Notes: generated by a model from the sequence alone, not told the origin. Shown: positions 20,268 through 30,272, numbered from the stretch's first letter. The stretch: 64,000 nt of DNA from Candidatus Thorarchaeota archaeon (GCA_003345595.1 PRDI01000129.1:1-64000); one strand, 5' to 3'. Numbers and translations: made by a program.

Positions 20268-20693
20268 ATGAATATGCGCGTGGTTGTGATCTACGAGAGC
20301 ACCATGGGACGGACAAGGGCCATGGCCCAAGCCATTGGTGAAGGCGCTCGTCTGGAAGGGGCGCAGTGTGACGTCATAGAAGCGGCTCAATTCGAGGAAC
20401 TGGGTGAAGCATGTGCAATCGCCGTAGGCAGTTCCACACGCATGACCAGACCACTACCTAGAATCCGCCAGATTCTCTCCGAACTAAACAGCCTGAATGG
20501 TATCAGCGCTGCGAGCTTCGGCTCATACGGCTGGAGCGGTGAGGCTCCTGACGTGATTGCGAATCTTCTCAGTGGGCTGGGTGCCAAGCTCATAGATGGA
20601 CAACCTCTGAAGGTGAAAGACTTCCCGAGCATTGAACAGCTTGAGAAATGCAGGGAACTCGGACGGAATCTCGCAAGGGCATGCACAAGATAG
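20268..20693 (+). CDS. Flavodoxin-like protein
   Basis: YESTMGRTRAMA, VGSST, FGSYGWSGEA. Confidence 0.85.
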   Translation: MNMRVVVIYESTMGRTRAMAQAIGEGARLEGAQCDVIEAAQFEELGEACAIAVGSSTRMTRPLPRIRQILSELNSLNGISAASFGSYGWSGEAPDVIANLLSGLGAKLIDGQPLKVKDFPSIEQLEKCRELGRNLARACTR

Positions 20694-20764
20694 TGTCGTG
20701 ATCAAATAGGTAGCCTCCACAAGTCTTATCATATGAACCGCCGAGCCGCGTTCCGGCGCCAAGT

Positions 20765-22690
20765 GTGGGTTACATGCTAAGACTCACAGGTTATGTCTTC
20801 AAACACCCAGGCCTCTTCATAGGTGCCATGGCTGCGGCCGGGACCGGTGTCGTGTTCAACACACTGTCACCTCTGGTCCTGGTGGTGATTATCGACTCAG
20901 TCATACCCACTGCCCAGTATGACCTTGTGTTGCCCTATGCGCTAGTATTCCTCACTCTTGGTGCATTGTATGCAGTATTCGACGTGGTCGGTCGATATGC
21001 GGCTGCCCTAGTGGGGCAACATGTTGTCTTTGACCTGAGGTCTGAGCTCTATGAGAGCCTGTTAGAGAAGGACTTGGCCTTCTATGATGAGAATGAAACT
21101 GGCCAACTGCTTGCCAGAGTCACCACAGATGTCACGACGATGAGAGAGTTTCTCGTCTGGGGCTATCGTGTCATATTCATAGGTGTGACTTCCCTGTTCG
21201 GGACATACTACGTGATGTGGTTGCTTAGCCCTCTGCTGACTACATACATGCTGTCTGCAGTTCCATTTCTTATCCTCTTTGTCTACCTCTATGCGAAGCG
21301 AGTGCGTCCTCTGTTCTTCTCATCTCGCACACAGTTCGGCGCACTCAGCAGTGTGTTGCAGGAGAACATTGTGGGGATGAGAGTCATCCGTTCGTACGCA
21401 TCGGAAGACAGAGAACTTGAGAGAGTGAACAGAGAAAACAAGCGTTTCTTGGATATTGTTGTCCGTGCGTTCAGGCTTGATGCGCTGTACTCGCCTCTCA
21501 TGACTGCGGTCTTGGGGGTTTCAACTGGAATCCTGATCTACGCAGGCGGCATGTTCTACACACTCCACAACCTCACATATGGTGAGTTCGCAGGGTTCGT
21601 CAGTCTGGTTGGCATGCTAGCCCTCCCGGCTCGGTTCTTCAGTTGGGGACTCGGTATGTACCAGAGAGCCTCGGCAGCGGCTGAGAGAACTTTCTACATT
21701 CTTGACCAGCGTGACATAATGCTGGAGCCAGAGAACCCTGTACATGTGGAGCGGCTCAAGGGCACGGTGGAGTTCGACAGGGCCGATTTCAGCTACCACG
21801 GTGGAAGATGGGTACTTAGAGATGTGAGCCTCAAAGTTGACCCGGGACAGGTCGTTGCGCTTCTTGGTGGGACGGGTTCTGGAAAGACCAGCCTTGTGAA
21901 CCTGATTCCAAGGTTCTATGATGTCGACTCAAGTCTTAGCGTTACATACAAGGGGCAGACGTTCAGAATCGATGAGAGAGGCAGGACGAGGATAGATGGC
22001 AAGGACTATGCCGTGTCTGATGGAGCGATAGTAGTCGACGGCGAGAAGATTCTAGTGAAGCAGCCCGGCGCAGTCCGCATTGATGGCGTCGATGTCCGTC
22101 AGTACTCCCTGACCGATCTGAGAAGGCAGATAGGCATGGTTCATCAGGACCCCTTTCTGTTTTCGGCTTCACTGCGTGAGAACATCGCTTTCGCACGACC
22201 GGACGCCACACAGGACGAGGTCGAAAGGGCCGCAAAAGCCGCGATGATACACGATTTCATTGTGACTCTCGAACAGGGATATGATACTGTGATTGGGGAG
22301 AGAGGCGTGACACTCAGTGGCGGCCAGAAACAGAGAGTCGCAATCGCAAGAGCGATTCTTGCAGACCCCCGCATCCTCATCTTAGATGATTCGACCAGCT
22401 CGGTCGACGCTAAGACAGAGGAACTCATCAAGCAAGCGCTCGAGAATCTGAAGGCGGGCCGGACCACCTTCATAATAACACACCGTCTATCTACAATTCG
22501 CAATGCAGACCTCATCGTTATTATGGAAAGAGGGCGGATTGTTGAAACTGGTACACACGACCAGCTGCTCGCTCGAGGAGGTGTGTATGCTGGAATCCAC
22601 ACGACGCTGAGTCAGATGGGCTCAATCTCCTTGGAGTGGGGAGAGATGGCGGCGACTGCAGAAACAGGAGGAGGTGGCAGAGGCGGCTAG
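20765..22690 (+). CDS. Heterodimeric ABC exporter, subunit 1 (TMD+NBD) with an insertion in the NBD
   Basis: Six-TM domain, GGTGSGKT, LSGGQKQR, non-canonical Walker B ILILDD, HRL. Confidence 0.92.
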   Translation: MGYMLRLTGYVFKHPGLFIGAMAAAGTGVVFNTLSPLVLVVIIDSVIPTAQYDLVLPYALVFLTLGALYAVFDVVGRYAAALVGQHVVFDLRSELYESLLEKDLAFYDENETGQLLARVTTDVTTMREFLVWGYRVIFIGVTSLFGTYYVMWLLSPLLTTYMLSAVPFLILFVYLYAKRVRPLFFSSRTQFGALSSVLQENIVGMRVIRSYASEDRELERVNRENKRFLDIVVRAFRLDALYSPLMTAVLGVSTGILIYAGGMFYTLHNLTYGEFAGFVSLVGMLALPARFFSWGLGMYQRASAAAERTFYILDQRDIMLEPENPVHVERLKGTVEFDRADFSYHGGRWVLRDVSLKVDPGQVVALLGGTGSGKTSLVNLIPRFYDVDSSLSVTYKGQTFRIDERGRTRIDGKDYAVSDGAIVVDGEKILVKQPGAVRIDGVDVRQYSLTDLRRQIGMVHQDPFLFSASLRENIAFARPDATQDEVERAAKAAMIHDFIVTLEQGYDTVIGERGVTLSGGQKQRVAIARAILADPRILILDDSTSSVDAKTEELIKQALENLKAGRTTFIITHRLSTIRNADLIVIMERGRIVETGTHDQLLARGGVYAGIHTTLSQMGSISLEWGEMAATAETGGGGRGG

Positions 22691-24485
22691 TCCAATCATT
22701 GAAGACGAGGAGGAGCGAACCCATGAGTATACGGACTCTTCGCTCCTGAAACGCCTAGTAGGCTACCTGCTTGCTTACAGGAAGCTCTTTGCCATAGATG
22801 TCATCCTAGTGGCGTCAGACATTGCTCTTGCGATAGCGGCGCCTTTTGTTCTCAGACAGGCCATAGATGTAGACTTCCCGAGCGGCGACCTTCAAGCTCT
22901 TGGAGTCACTTCTTTGATCTATGCTGCCCTCCAGATACTCACCTGGCTCTCTGCCTATGGTTCGGGCTATGTCATGAGCATGATGGGGCAGAGCGCGGTC
23001 TATAAGATGCGACAGGAGCTGTATCAGCATCTCCAGAGGATGTCACAGGACTTCTACGACCGAACTGCTAGCGGCAGGATTCTGTCCAGGCTGACCAACG
23101 ACATTGACAAGATAAGCGAGTTCCTGGCTGGCGGCCTAGTAGATACATTTGCACAGTTGTTTGTGGTTGTAGCTGTAGGCATCGTGATTTTCACCGTTGA
23201 TGTACAGCTAGCTTTTGTTTCACTGGCAGTGGTACCGATTCTTGCTGTCACAACTGTCCTCATCAGAATCAGAATGAGAGCTGCCTACAGGCGGACCAGG
23301 AAGACTATCTCTAGTGTGACAGCAAATCTGGCGGAGAGCATTTCTGGCGCAAAAGTCACAAAGAGCTTCGCTAGGGAGGATGTGAGCGGTGAGAGGTTTG
23401 CAGAGCTGAACAAGGCAGACTACCAGTCGAATGTTGATGCCTCCAGACCGTCGTCCCTGTTCTTTCCTGTGGTGCGCTTCATTGGTGGTCTGGGCGTGTT
23501 CCTGATAATCTGGTTCGGGGGAGTGCGGCTGATTGGAGAAACCCTCACCATCGGAACACTCATCCTATTCATACAGTTCAACGATCAGTTCTTCCGGCCT
23601 ATGCTGATAATCACTAACTTCTACAACACAGTACAGAGCGCCTTTGCCGCGTCAGAGCGTGTGTTCAGCATAATGGATACAGAACCAACGATAACAGATG
23701 CGACTGATGCAGTTGACATAGGAAACATCAAGGGTCACATCTCGTTCGATGACGTCACCTTCCAATACGTAGAGAACAGACCAGTACTTGTCAACTTCAG
23801 TCTTGACATAAGACCCGGAGAAACCGTTGCGATTGTAGGGGACACGGGTGCAGGGAAGACGACGATAGTGAATCTCCTCAACAGGTTCTACGACATCAAC
23901 TCAGGCTCAATCAAGATTGACGATGTAGACATCCGCAGGGTCAGTCAGAAGTCGCTACACTCAGCGATTGGACTGGTACTGCAGGACCCATTTCTGTTTC
24001 AGGGCACTATCAAGGACAATATCAGGTACGGCCGATCAAATGCGACCGAGGAGGAGATAATCAGGGCCACTGAGGCCATTGGTGCACGAACTGTGTTCGA
24101 GAACCTAGAGCACGGCTTCGATACCCAGGTGGGTGAGCGAGGGCTAAGACTGTCTGAGGGAGAACGTCAGCTGGTGAGCTTCTCTAGGGCTCTGCTGGCC
24201 AACCCCAAGATACTCGTACTGGATGAGGCCACCAGTTCGATAGACATCTTCACCGAGCATATCATTCAGAGAGGTATGAAAGCGCTGATAAGAGGTAGGA
24301 CATCGATTGTGGTTGCCCACAGACTATCTACCATACTGAGCGCAGACCGGATACTCGTGCTTGACAAAGGACGAATCGTCGAGTCGGGCACACACCCGGA
24401 ACTGATGGCAAAGGGCGGCGTCTATTACTCACTCTATGAACTGCAGATGAGGCCGAGAGTGGCCCACTCACCGACAGCCGGGTAG
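22674..24485 (+). CDS. Heterodimeric ABC exporter, subunit 2
   Basis: GDTGAGKT, degenerate signature LSEGE, ILVLDEATS. Overlaps the previous gene. The asymmetry resembles TM287/288-type exporters. Confidence 0.92.
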   Translation: MAEAASPIIEDEEERTHEYTDSSLLKRLVGYLLAYRKLFAIDVILVASDIALAIAAPFVLRQAIDVDFPSGDLQALGVTSLIYAALQILTWLSAYGSGYVMSMMGQSAVYKMRQELYQHLQRMSQDFYDRTASGRILSRLTNDIDKISEFLAGGLVDTFAQLFVVVAVGIVIFTVDVQLAFVSLAVVPILAVTTVLIRIRMRAAYRRTRKTISSVTANLAESISGAKVTKSFAREDVSGERFAELNKADYQSNVDASRPSSLFFPVVRFIGGLGVFLIIWFGGVRLIGETLTIGTLILFIQFNDQFFRPMLIITNFYNTVQSAFAASERVFSIMDTEPTITDATDAVDIGNIKGHISFDDVTFQYVENRPVLVNFSLDIRPGETVAIVGDTGAGKTTIVNLLNRFYDINSGSIKIDDVDIRRVSQKSLHSAIGLVLQDPFLFQGTIKDNIRYGRSNATEEEIIRATEAIGARTVFENLEHGFDTQVGERGLRLSEGERQLVSFSRALLANPKILVLDEATSSIDIFTEHIIQRGMKALIRGRTSIVVAHRLSTILSADRILVLDKGRIVESGTHPELMAKGGVYYSLYELQMRPRVAHSPTAG

Positions 24486-24551
24486 TACTGCCCAAGGTCG
24501 ACAGACTAGTCTGCGACAAGTGAAAGCGCGCTCGTACCTAGAGCCACTCTA

Positions 24552-25307
24552 TTACAGCTCATCAGACTCGTCATCATCGCAAGAACAGTGCGAGTGTTCT
24601 GCTGATGGCTCCCAATCATAGAAACCTCTGATATGACCTAATCCTCGCATGGCTCTTGACACTTTGTCGCTGACCATGGGACCAATTTCTCGAAGCCATT
24701 CAAGATCCGGAATCTTATCACGCCCGAGCACAATTGCTCGGCCGTCCTGACGTCTGATAACTATCCCAGACTTGCTGACTGAAACAGAGCGACCTTCGCC
24801 GTCGATAAAGACTCTCTTGTCTTGCACGAAAGCAAGACTCTCTGGCTTAGTGGCGATGACCACAGACCTGTCGTCTTCTGTGGTTCCGAGAAGAACGGAA
24901 CTGCTTCGGCCCTTGACCACAATCTTGTGACCGTCTTCGAGATGCTTCTCGACAACTGAACGCACTTCGTTCAGGAAAGCGGCTGCATCATTGTACCCAA
25001 ACCTTCCAAGGAAGTCTGCGGTCGACGGCTGAGAAGCCTTCTCTACTTCCGTCTTTCCGAGATAGATCTGGACACCCTTGAGGGCAGATGACTTGGTTTG
25101 TCCTACGGCTCCCTTTGAGGTCTCAACTATTGCATCAACGATGTAACGGGATGGACCTGCGAACGCAACTCCGACCCGTTCGCCATTGTCTGTCAGATAG
25201 ACCCACGCACAGCCTGCATCAAGCCTGACAACCGCTTTCTCATGGGAGAGAATGTCAAATGGTGCATTTGTGGTCATTACAGTTTCTTCAGGCTTTATGT
25301 TTCTCAC
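24552..25307 (-). CDS. Hypothetical beta-rich protein, translationally coupled to the ArsR-like regulator
   Basis: 251 aa, 4-nt overlap with the upstream stop; H/C/D-rich tail HSHCSCDDDE. Confidence 0.7.
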   Translation of the reverse strand: MRNIKPEETVMTTNAPFDILSHEKAVVRLDAGCAWVYLTDNGERVGVAFAGPSRYIVDAIVETSKGAVGQTKSSALKGVQIYLGKTEVEKASQPSTADFLGRFGYNDAAAFLNEVRSVVEKHLEDGHKIVVKGRSSSVLLGTTEDDRSVVIATKPESLAFVQDKRVFIDGEGRSVSVSKSGIVIRRQDGRAIVLGRDKIPDLEWLREIGPMVSDKVSRAMRGLGHIRGFYDWEPSAEHSHCSCDDDESDEL

Positions 25308-26020
25308 TGTACATCAGCTCCTTCCTTGTTCTTGTCTGCTTCCTCATCAAAGGACACACTAACCTGGCCCTCTCCACTACTGCCAGTCCGAGACCGTTGC
25401 CACTCCACTCTGCTTGTCAACCACTGGGCAAGACGGTATGCTAGGCGACCTGCGACAGTGATATAGTATGTGCCTCTGACCTCACCCTTAATCACATATC
25501 CGGCATCCATCAATGGTGTCAGATGGTGGGTCAATGAGCTGCCAGTCTTCCCTGTGAGCGTTTCGAGCTCATTGAACGACTTGCCGCCGTCTTTCAGAAT
25601 GTCAAGTATTCTGAGACGTTCTTCGCTGCCCAAAGGACTCACCGCTTGTGCAACGCGCTCGGCTGGGATGTTCTCGATTCTTCCCCGGCCATGCTTGCCC
25701 ATTCTTCTGATCATGAATCGCGGTGACTCCAGACTGACTCCGATATCGCCTACCTCTCGGACAGCTTTGCGTATCTGCTCTCCCAGTCCCTCCATCATCT
25801 CATCAAGACCATCAGTGATACTGCTCAAATCAACGAAGTGCGAATCTGGCGGAATGCAAGGCTCGGGAGGCCCGTGCGCTCTGTGACCTCCTCTGAAACG
25901 GCCTTCTTCGGCATAGGCTTCTCTTTCCTTGCGAAGACGTTCGACGTCTTCCTTCAGACTCTCTTTGAGCTTGCGCACTTCTTCGAGTTCTTTGCGAATA
26001 TCGTCTAGGTTCTCGGTCAT
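25304..26020 (-). CDS. ArsR-family winged-helix regulator with an N-terminal coiled coil
   Basis: LGSEERLRILDIL.DGGKSFNELE...G..GSSLTHHL..L..AGYV..RGTYYIT; heptad-rich residues 5-35; GGTGAGG SD. Confidence 0.85.
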   Translation of the reverse strand: MTENLDDIRKELEEVRKLKESLKEDVERLRKEREAYAEEGRFRGGHRAHGPPEPCIPPDSHFVDLSSITDGLDEMMEGLGEQIRKAVREVGDIGVSLESPRFMIRRMGKHGRGRIENIPAERVAQAVSPLGSEERLRILDILKDGGKSFNELETLTGKTGSSLTHHLTPLMDAGYVIKGEVRGTYYITVAGRLAYRLAQWLTSRVEWQRSRTGSSGEGQVSVSFDEEADKNKEGADVQ

Positions 26021-26100
26021 TATTCCTCACCATTTGTACAGTACAGTCATGCACCCGTAAGTCGTAGGTTTCGCTGGAGTTGTAAGAAATGGAGCCTCTC

Positions 26101-26247
26101 TCAGACTACAAGAGAGCCTCTGAATCGGCGCTCTTCTCCAGAGGTTTCTCTTTCCCTGTGGAGGCGTCTAATCTCCTCTCTCAGGGTTTGATTGAGTCTG
26201 CGCACTTCTTCCAGCTCTTTGCGAATGTCGTCTGAACTCGCGGTCAT
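26101..26247 (-). CDS. 48-aa coiled-coil protein paralogous to the N-terminus of the downstream regulator (not in the ORF track)
   Basis: MTASSDDIRKELEEVRRLNQTLREEIRRLHRERETSGEERRFRGSLVV. 27/44 identical to regulator residues 1-44, with no indels and nine synonymous codon differences. Confidence 0.7.
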   Translation of the reverse strand: MTASSDDIRKELEEVRRLNQTLREEIRRLHRERETSGEERRFRGSLVV

Positions 26248-26262
26248 TCTGGACACTGAGCC

Positions 26263-26288
26263 TACTGTACATTTCTACACTTATAAAT
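26263..26288 (-). promoter_or_regulatory. TATA box and TGTACAGTA motif upstream of the small ORF/ArsR operon
   Basis: Minus-strand ATTTATAA at 26288-26281. TACTGTACA at 26263-26271 is the exact inverse of TGTACAGTA at 26035-26043. Confidence 0.55.
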
Positions 26289-26449
26289 CTTCGGTTCTAT
26301 TACAGTCGGCAGAGGCAATCCTCACTCGTACCGAGAATGGCTACAAGAGACTCCCGACCTAATCCTAGTGTTTCGACCGGAATTGCGGTAAAGACGACGC
26401 TTATTATTCTCCATGGGGTGTACCTAATACTGGAAGTGAGCGTGCAAGC

Positions 26450-26722
26450 TTGTTCGAGGAGGACAGAGGCCCGGGGTACTGCTTGTGTTTTGTAATGAGC
26501 ATGCTTCCGATACTCGGCTTGTTCCTGCTTGCTCTTCCTCAACTGCCAGTCAGTGAACTGCCCTCTGTTGCCGTGCTGCTATTCCTAGTCTTCGCGCCGC
26601 TCTATGGTTGTGGAGATCTATTCAAGGGGCGGCCAATGTTCCAGTGGCACTATCACGGTGTCGAAACCGAGGTCATGGAAGAACTGGCCAAGGAAGTGGA
26701 CAGCCGTTCCTCAGCCATTTGA
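26450..26722 (+). CDS. Small membrane protein
   Basis: 90 aa with two hydrophobic segments. Confidence 0.5.
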   Translation: MFEEDRGPGYCLCFVMSMLPILGLFLLALPQLPVSELPSVAVLLFLVFAPLYGCGDLFKGRPMFQWHYHGVETEVMEELAKEVDSRSSAI

Positions 26723-26781
26723 CGGTATATTGAATGTCTGCCTGCTCTTCGGAACTGATGCTGCACAGCAGGCCTGCAGTT

Positions 26782-27300
26782 TCAGTGTAGCTGTTTCAGG
26801 CAACTGGGACAGAAAGTGCTTGGTTTTCGGTCTGTGTCATCCAAGCAGTTTGAGAAACGCATGACACAATGCTGTTTACAGTGGGAAAGACCAAACACAT
26901 GGCCAACCTCATGTAGCGCCTCCTTCGCCACCCGCTCGAAGTGCAGTGCCTCATTCTCCGGCAGGCCATAGAACACGGGGCTGAGCCGGGGCAGAGCAAC
27001 AAGAGCGTGCCCACCGTACTGCGCAAGACCGAATATGAAGTTCAGACTTGGAACAAAGAGGTCTAGGCTAACTAGACCAAGTCCGTGCTTGCCCGACGGA
27101 ACGCGATGGCCAACTGTATCCAAGAAGGGGTCTGCGGAGTACTGCCGACGCGCCGGCACGTACGCGTTCACGGGCACTGGCAGCTCGACCGGGTCCACAG
27201 ACACCTCCGCGAGATTACTGGGCAGCCCAGTGCTGAGCGCATCAGGAAGTCGATTCACTATGCTCTGTGGCGTTTTGGGAAAGACAAGGACGCGCAACAT
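26782..27300 (-). CDS. amzA: Archaemetzincin (peptidase M54)
   Basis: RRQY.A, DLFVPSLNFIFGLA, KEALHEVGHVFGLSHC...CVM.FSN...DTDRK...FC..C. Confidence 0.92.
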   Translation of the reverse strand: MLRVLVFPKTPQSIVNRLPDALSTGLPSNLAEVSVDPVELPVPVNAYVPARRQYSADPFLDTVGHRVPSGKHGLGLVSLDLFVPSLNFIFGLAQYGGHALVALPRLSPVFYGLPENEALHFERVAKEALHEVGHVFGLSHCKQHCVMRFSNCLDDTDRKPSTFCPSCLKQLH

Positions 27301-27600
27301 TGTCAATCGTGACACCCGATTTGGGATTGTGTTGACTACTATATGTATTCGTTCATGGACCTGATTGGCGTGCAACAGCTGACTCAGTTGTCAATCAAGA
27401 TCACGCTTGCAAGGGTCAATGACAATGTCACTCTGACGCTTTGGTGGTATTCTGGAACATGGATTAACGCATGCGGCCCCAACTGGCTCCTGTTGTCACC
27501 ATTTGTGGTTCTGCCCGCTGTTGTAGGCCTCATACTGGTTGTTAACGGGCTGACTCGGGCCAAGGGAATTGACTCTGATGACCTTTCCTGACCCAAGGGC

Positions 27601-27712
27601 CCATCTCTCGGACTGCAGCTTCTTGCGCTCCTCTATGACTGCAGGCACGACCTCGAAGATACCTCCGACGACACGGGAGTCTGGGATCCCAAAGATTGCA
27701 CTCTCGCGTTCC
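27601..27712 (-). pseudogene. Diverged remnant of an etfA 3' end
   Basis: Ungapped 80/112 nt identity to 30273-30384. Translates to IFGIPDSRVVGGIFEVVPAVIEERKKLQSER; the stop TGA is TGG here. Confidence 0.85.
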
Positions 27713-27806
27713 AATTGGAAGTGACGATTGCCTAAGAGGGTCATCGAGCTCAGGAATCCAACACCTCAGGCAACGTGGGTCTCAACCTAGACACGGATGT
27801 TTGAGT

Positions 27807-30119
27807 TCAAAGTTCATGCATCTGTCTGGGTTCTCCATGAGGCCTTCTTCGAACCAGTAAGGCTTCTGGTCCCCTGTTGGCCGACCTTCGTATCAATGTT
27901 ACGAGGACAGCCATCAAGGCTGCCATCCCCAGTCCGACTCCTGTCGCCACAATCAATAGTGAGAAGGCACCATCTTGGGTCGTAATGGTGGTGGTCGTAG
28001 TGGCATTCGTGAGCTTGAATACGAAACAGTCGCTCGGTCCACTCAGAGTGCCGTCGTAGGCTTTCACAGTGGGGAAGTCCCAGGAAACAGTGTACCCCGT
28101 GACGTAGGCATCACCTGTATTGACCACTGCTACGCCGTAGCCACCTTCTTCATCGCTTCCGCCCACAAAGGTTGAAAAGAGCAAGGTGTTGCCAGCAGAC
28201 GAAAGCTTGAACACAAATGCATCCTTGTATCCACCAAAGGTGCTGTTATAGGCATTCACAGTGGGGAAGTCACTCGAAAAGGTTTCACCGGTAACATATG
28301 CATTACCATTACTGTCAACCGCTATCGCGCAGCCATACTCGTGATGCCCACCGCCCACAAAAGTCGAGTAGAGCAGAGTGTTGCCAGCGGATGAAATCTT
28401 GAACACGAAGACGTCTCCAGAACCTCCATAGGCATTGCCATGGTTGCTGTCGTATTCGTTCACAGTGGGGAAGTCACTCGAAAGGGTTTCACCGGTAATG
28501 TATGCATTGCCTGTGCTGTCAACTGCTATCGCACAGCCAGCATCGGTATCACTCCCGCCTACGAAAGTGGAGTAGAGCATACTGCCAGCGGATGAAAGTC
28601 TGAACACGAAAACATCGTCGGTTTCACTGGCGGTGCTGTTGTAGGCGTTGACAGTAGGAAAATCAGTGGAATCCGTGTATCCGGTGACAAAGGCACTACC
28701 CGTACTGTTAACTGCTATCGCACTACCACCATCTTGGCCATTCCCACCCACATAGGTGGAGTAGAGCAGGGCGTTCCCGCCAGACGAAAGCTTGAACACA
28801 AAGCAGTCAGCATACCCACCAAGGGCGCTGTCGTATGCGTTCAAGGCGGGAAAATCACTTGAAAGGGTTTCACCGGTAATGTATGCATTGCCTGTGCTGT
28901 CAACTGCTATCCCATAGCTACGATCCCAACTACTGCCACCTACATACGTTGAATAGAGCAGACTGTTGCCGGCCGAAGAGAGTTTGAACACGAAACAGTC
29001 GTAGACTGCACCATTGAACATGCTGTCGTAGGCGTTGACGGTGGGAAAATCAGTGGATTCAGTGTATCCGGTGACATATGCATTGCCTGAATTGTCGACT
29101 GCTATCCCCCGAGCCCAATCGTTACCGCTTCCGCCCACGTACGTGGAATAGAGCAGAGTGTTGCCGGCGGATGAAACCTTGAACACAAATGCATCCTTGT
29201 ATCCACCAAAGGTGCTGTTGTAAGCGTTCAGAGTTGGAAAATCCAGAGAATCAGTTACCCCGGTGATGTAGGCATTACCTGCCCCGTCAACTGCGATTCC
29301 ATAGCCATGTTCGCTGCCAGTTCCGCCCATATACGTGGAGTAGAGCAATGGGTCTAGCACCAGCGGCCTTGATTTATCGTAATCGCCTACTCTGAATCCA
29401 AATACATGGTAACCAAGCGAGATGAACTCACTCTCAACGGCATTCGTTCCTTGAAATGATCTCAAACCCTCATCTGTTAGCGTTCTACCGTCCTTCTCCA
29501 GACTCAAGGACGTACTTCCAATCACCACCGAATCAGTGCCATTACATCGGACTCTGATGTCTGTCGGGTCACCACCGGGAGCCACGCGGAACTCATACTT
29601 TGCCCCATCTACCGTAGCCTCATAGAAGAGGCTGATTCCTAACCAGAGGTCATTGTATACGACACGAGCGAACCCCCTGATTCCAGTGAATGTCCCACGG
29701 TTTCCGAGAAGGTAGCTAATATTATGACTTACTCGATTGATTCCTTGCGGGATTACAGAACGCGCCGCATCAAATGACATGACTATACCATTCTCGACCC
29801 CATCTATCCATACATAGACCTTGCTGTCTGCAAAACCAATTACCCCGCCTGGGATTCTCCCATAGAATCTCACATCAGCGCAATCAACTTGACCGAGATT
29901 CTCGTAGAAGAAACTTCTGGACTCGGTCTGAACCGTTTCGACCAAAGCTTGCTGGTCGACTCCGTTCGTTTTCAAACGGGATGTCTCATCGCCTTCAACG
30001 AACTTCCAATCATTCAAACAGGGTGCCATGAATGCCACGGTTATCAGGATAATTATCAGCTCGGGCACAAAAAGCAAGTCTATCTTCGATGCACCCACGT
30101 ATCGCCTCTCCTTAGCCAA
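27807..30119 (-). CDS. SBBP-repeat beta-propeller cell-surface protein
   Basis: N-terminal TM, FYENLGQ domain, LVLDPLLYSTY, repeated IAVDS.GNAY.TG.T.S.DFPT.NAY units, Thr linker, C-terminal TM. Confidence 0.9.
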   Translation of the reverse strand: MAKERRYVGASKIDLLFVPELIIILITVAFMAPCLNDWKFVEGDETSRLKTNGVDQQALVETVQTESRSFFYENLGQVDCADVRFYGRIPGGVIGFADSKVYVWIDGVENGIVMSFDAARSVIPQGINRVSHNISYLLGNRGTFTGIRGFARVVYNDLWLGISLFYEATVDGAKYEFRVAPGGDPTDIRVRCNGTDSVVIGSTSLSLEKDGRTLTDEGLRSFQGTNAVESEFISLGYHVFGFRVGDYDKSRPLVLDPLLYSTYMGGTGSEHGYGIAVDGAGNAYITGVTDSLDFPTLNAYNSTFGGYKDAFVFKVSSAGNTLLYSTYVGGSGNDWARGIAVDNSGNAYVTGYTESTDFPTVNAYDSMFNGAVYDCFVFKLSSAGNSLLYSTYVGGSSWDRSYGIAVDSTGNAYITGETLSSDFPALNAYDSALGGYADCFVFKLSSGGNALLYSTYVGGNGQDGGSAIAVNSTGSAFVTGYTDSTDFPTVNAYNSTASETDDVFVFRLSSAGSMLYSTFVGGSDTDAGCAIAVDSTGNAYITGETLSSDFPTVNEYDSNHGNAYGGSGDVFVFKISSAGNTLLYSTFVGGGHHEYGCAIAVDSNGNAYVTGETFSSDFPTVNAYNSTFGGYKDAFVFKLSSAGNTLLFSTFVGGSDEEGGYGVAVVNTGDAYVTGYTVSWDFPTVKAYDGTLSGPSDCFVFKLTNATTTTTITTQDGAFSLLIVATGVGLGMAALMAVLVTLIRRSANRGPEALLVRRRPHGEPRQMHEL
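28206..29219. repeat. Exact intragenic DNA repeats between propeller blades
   Basis: 42 bp identical at 28206-28247 and 29178-29219; 51 bp identical at 28480-28530 and 28861-28911. Confidence 0.85.
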
Positions 30120-30272
30120 GGTAATATTGCTAAGCTTAGAAACGCATGGTATTAAACCTGCTCAGTTTCCCTTTGCTTTTGCCGAAGCCATTCCATGGGA
30201 CATAGACACGGACTTGACAAGGCAATCACCGACCTGGGAAGGGGTCATCAGGCACCTCCCAAGTTGTCCGAA

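Noticed and set aside
21925-22066. Mini-intein in the ABC ATPase
   Set aside because: Too short and lacks the HN-C/S/T splice junction.
27343-27591. 82-aa hydrophobic ORF
   Set aside because: It could be a gene fragment, but it has no clear start signal or family motif.
27807-30119. Repeats as a CRISPR array or a DGR template/variable pair
   Set aside because: They are in-frame coding blades with no unique spacers, the differences are not adenine-specific, and no reverse transcriptase is in the window.
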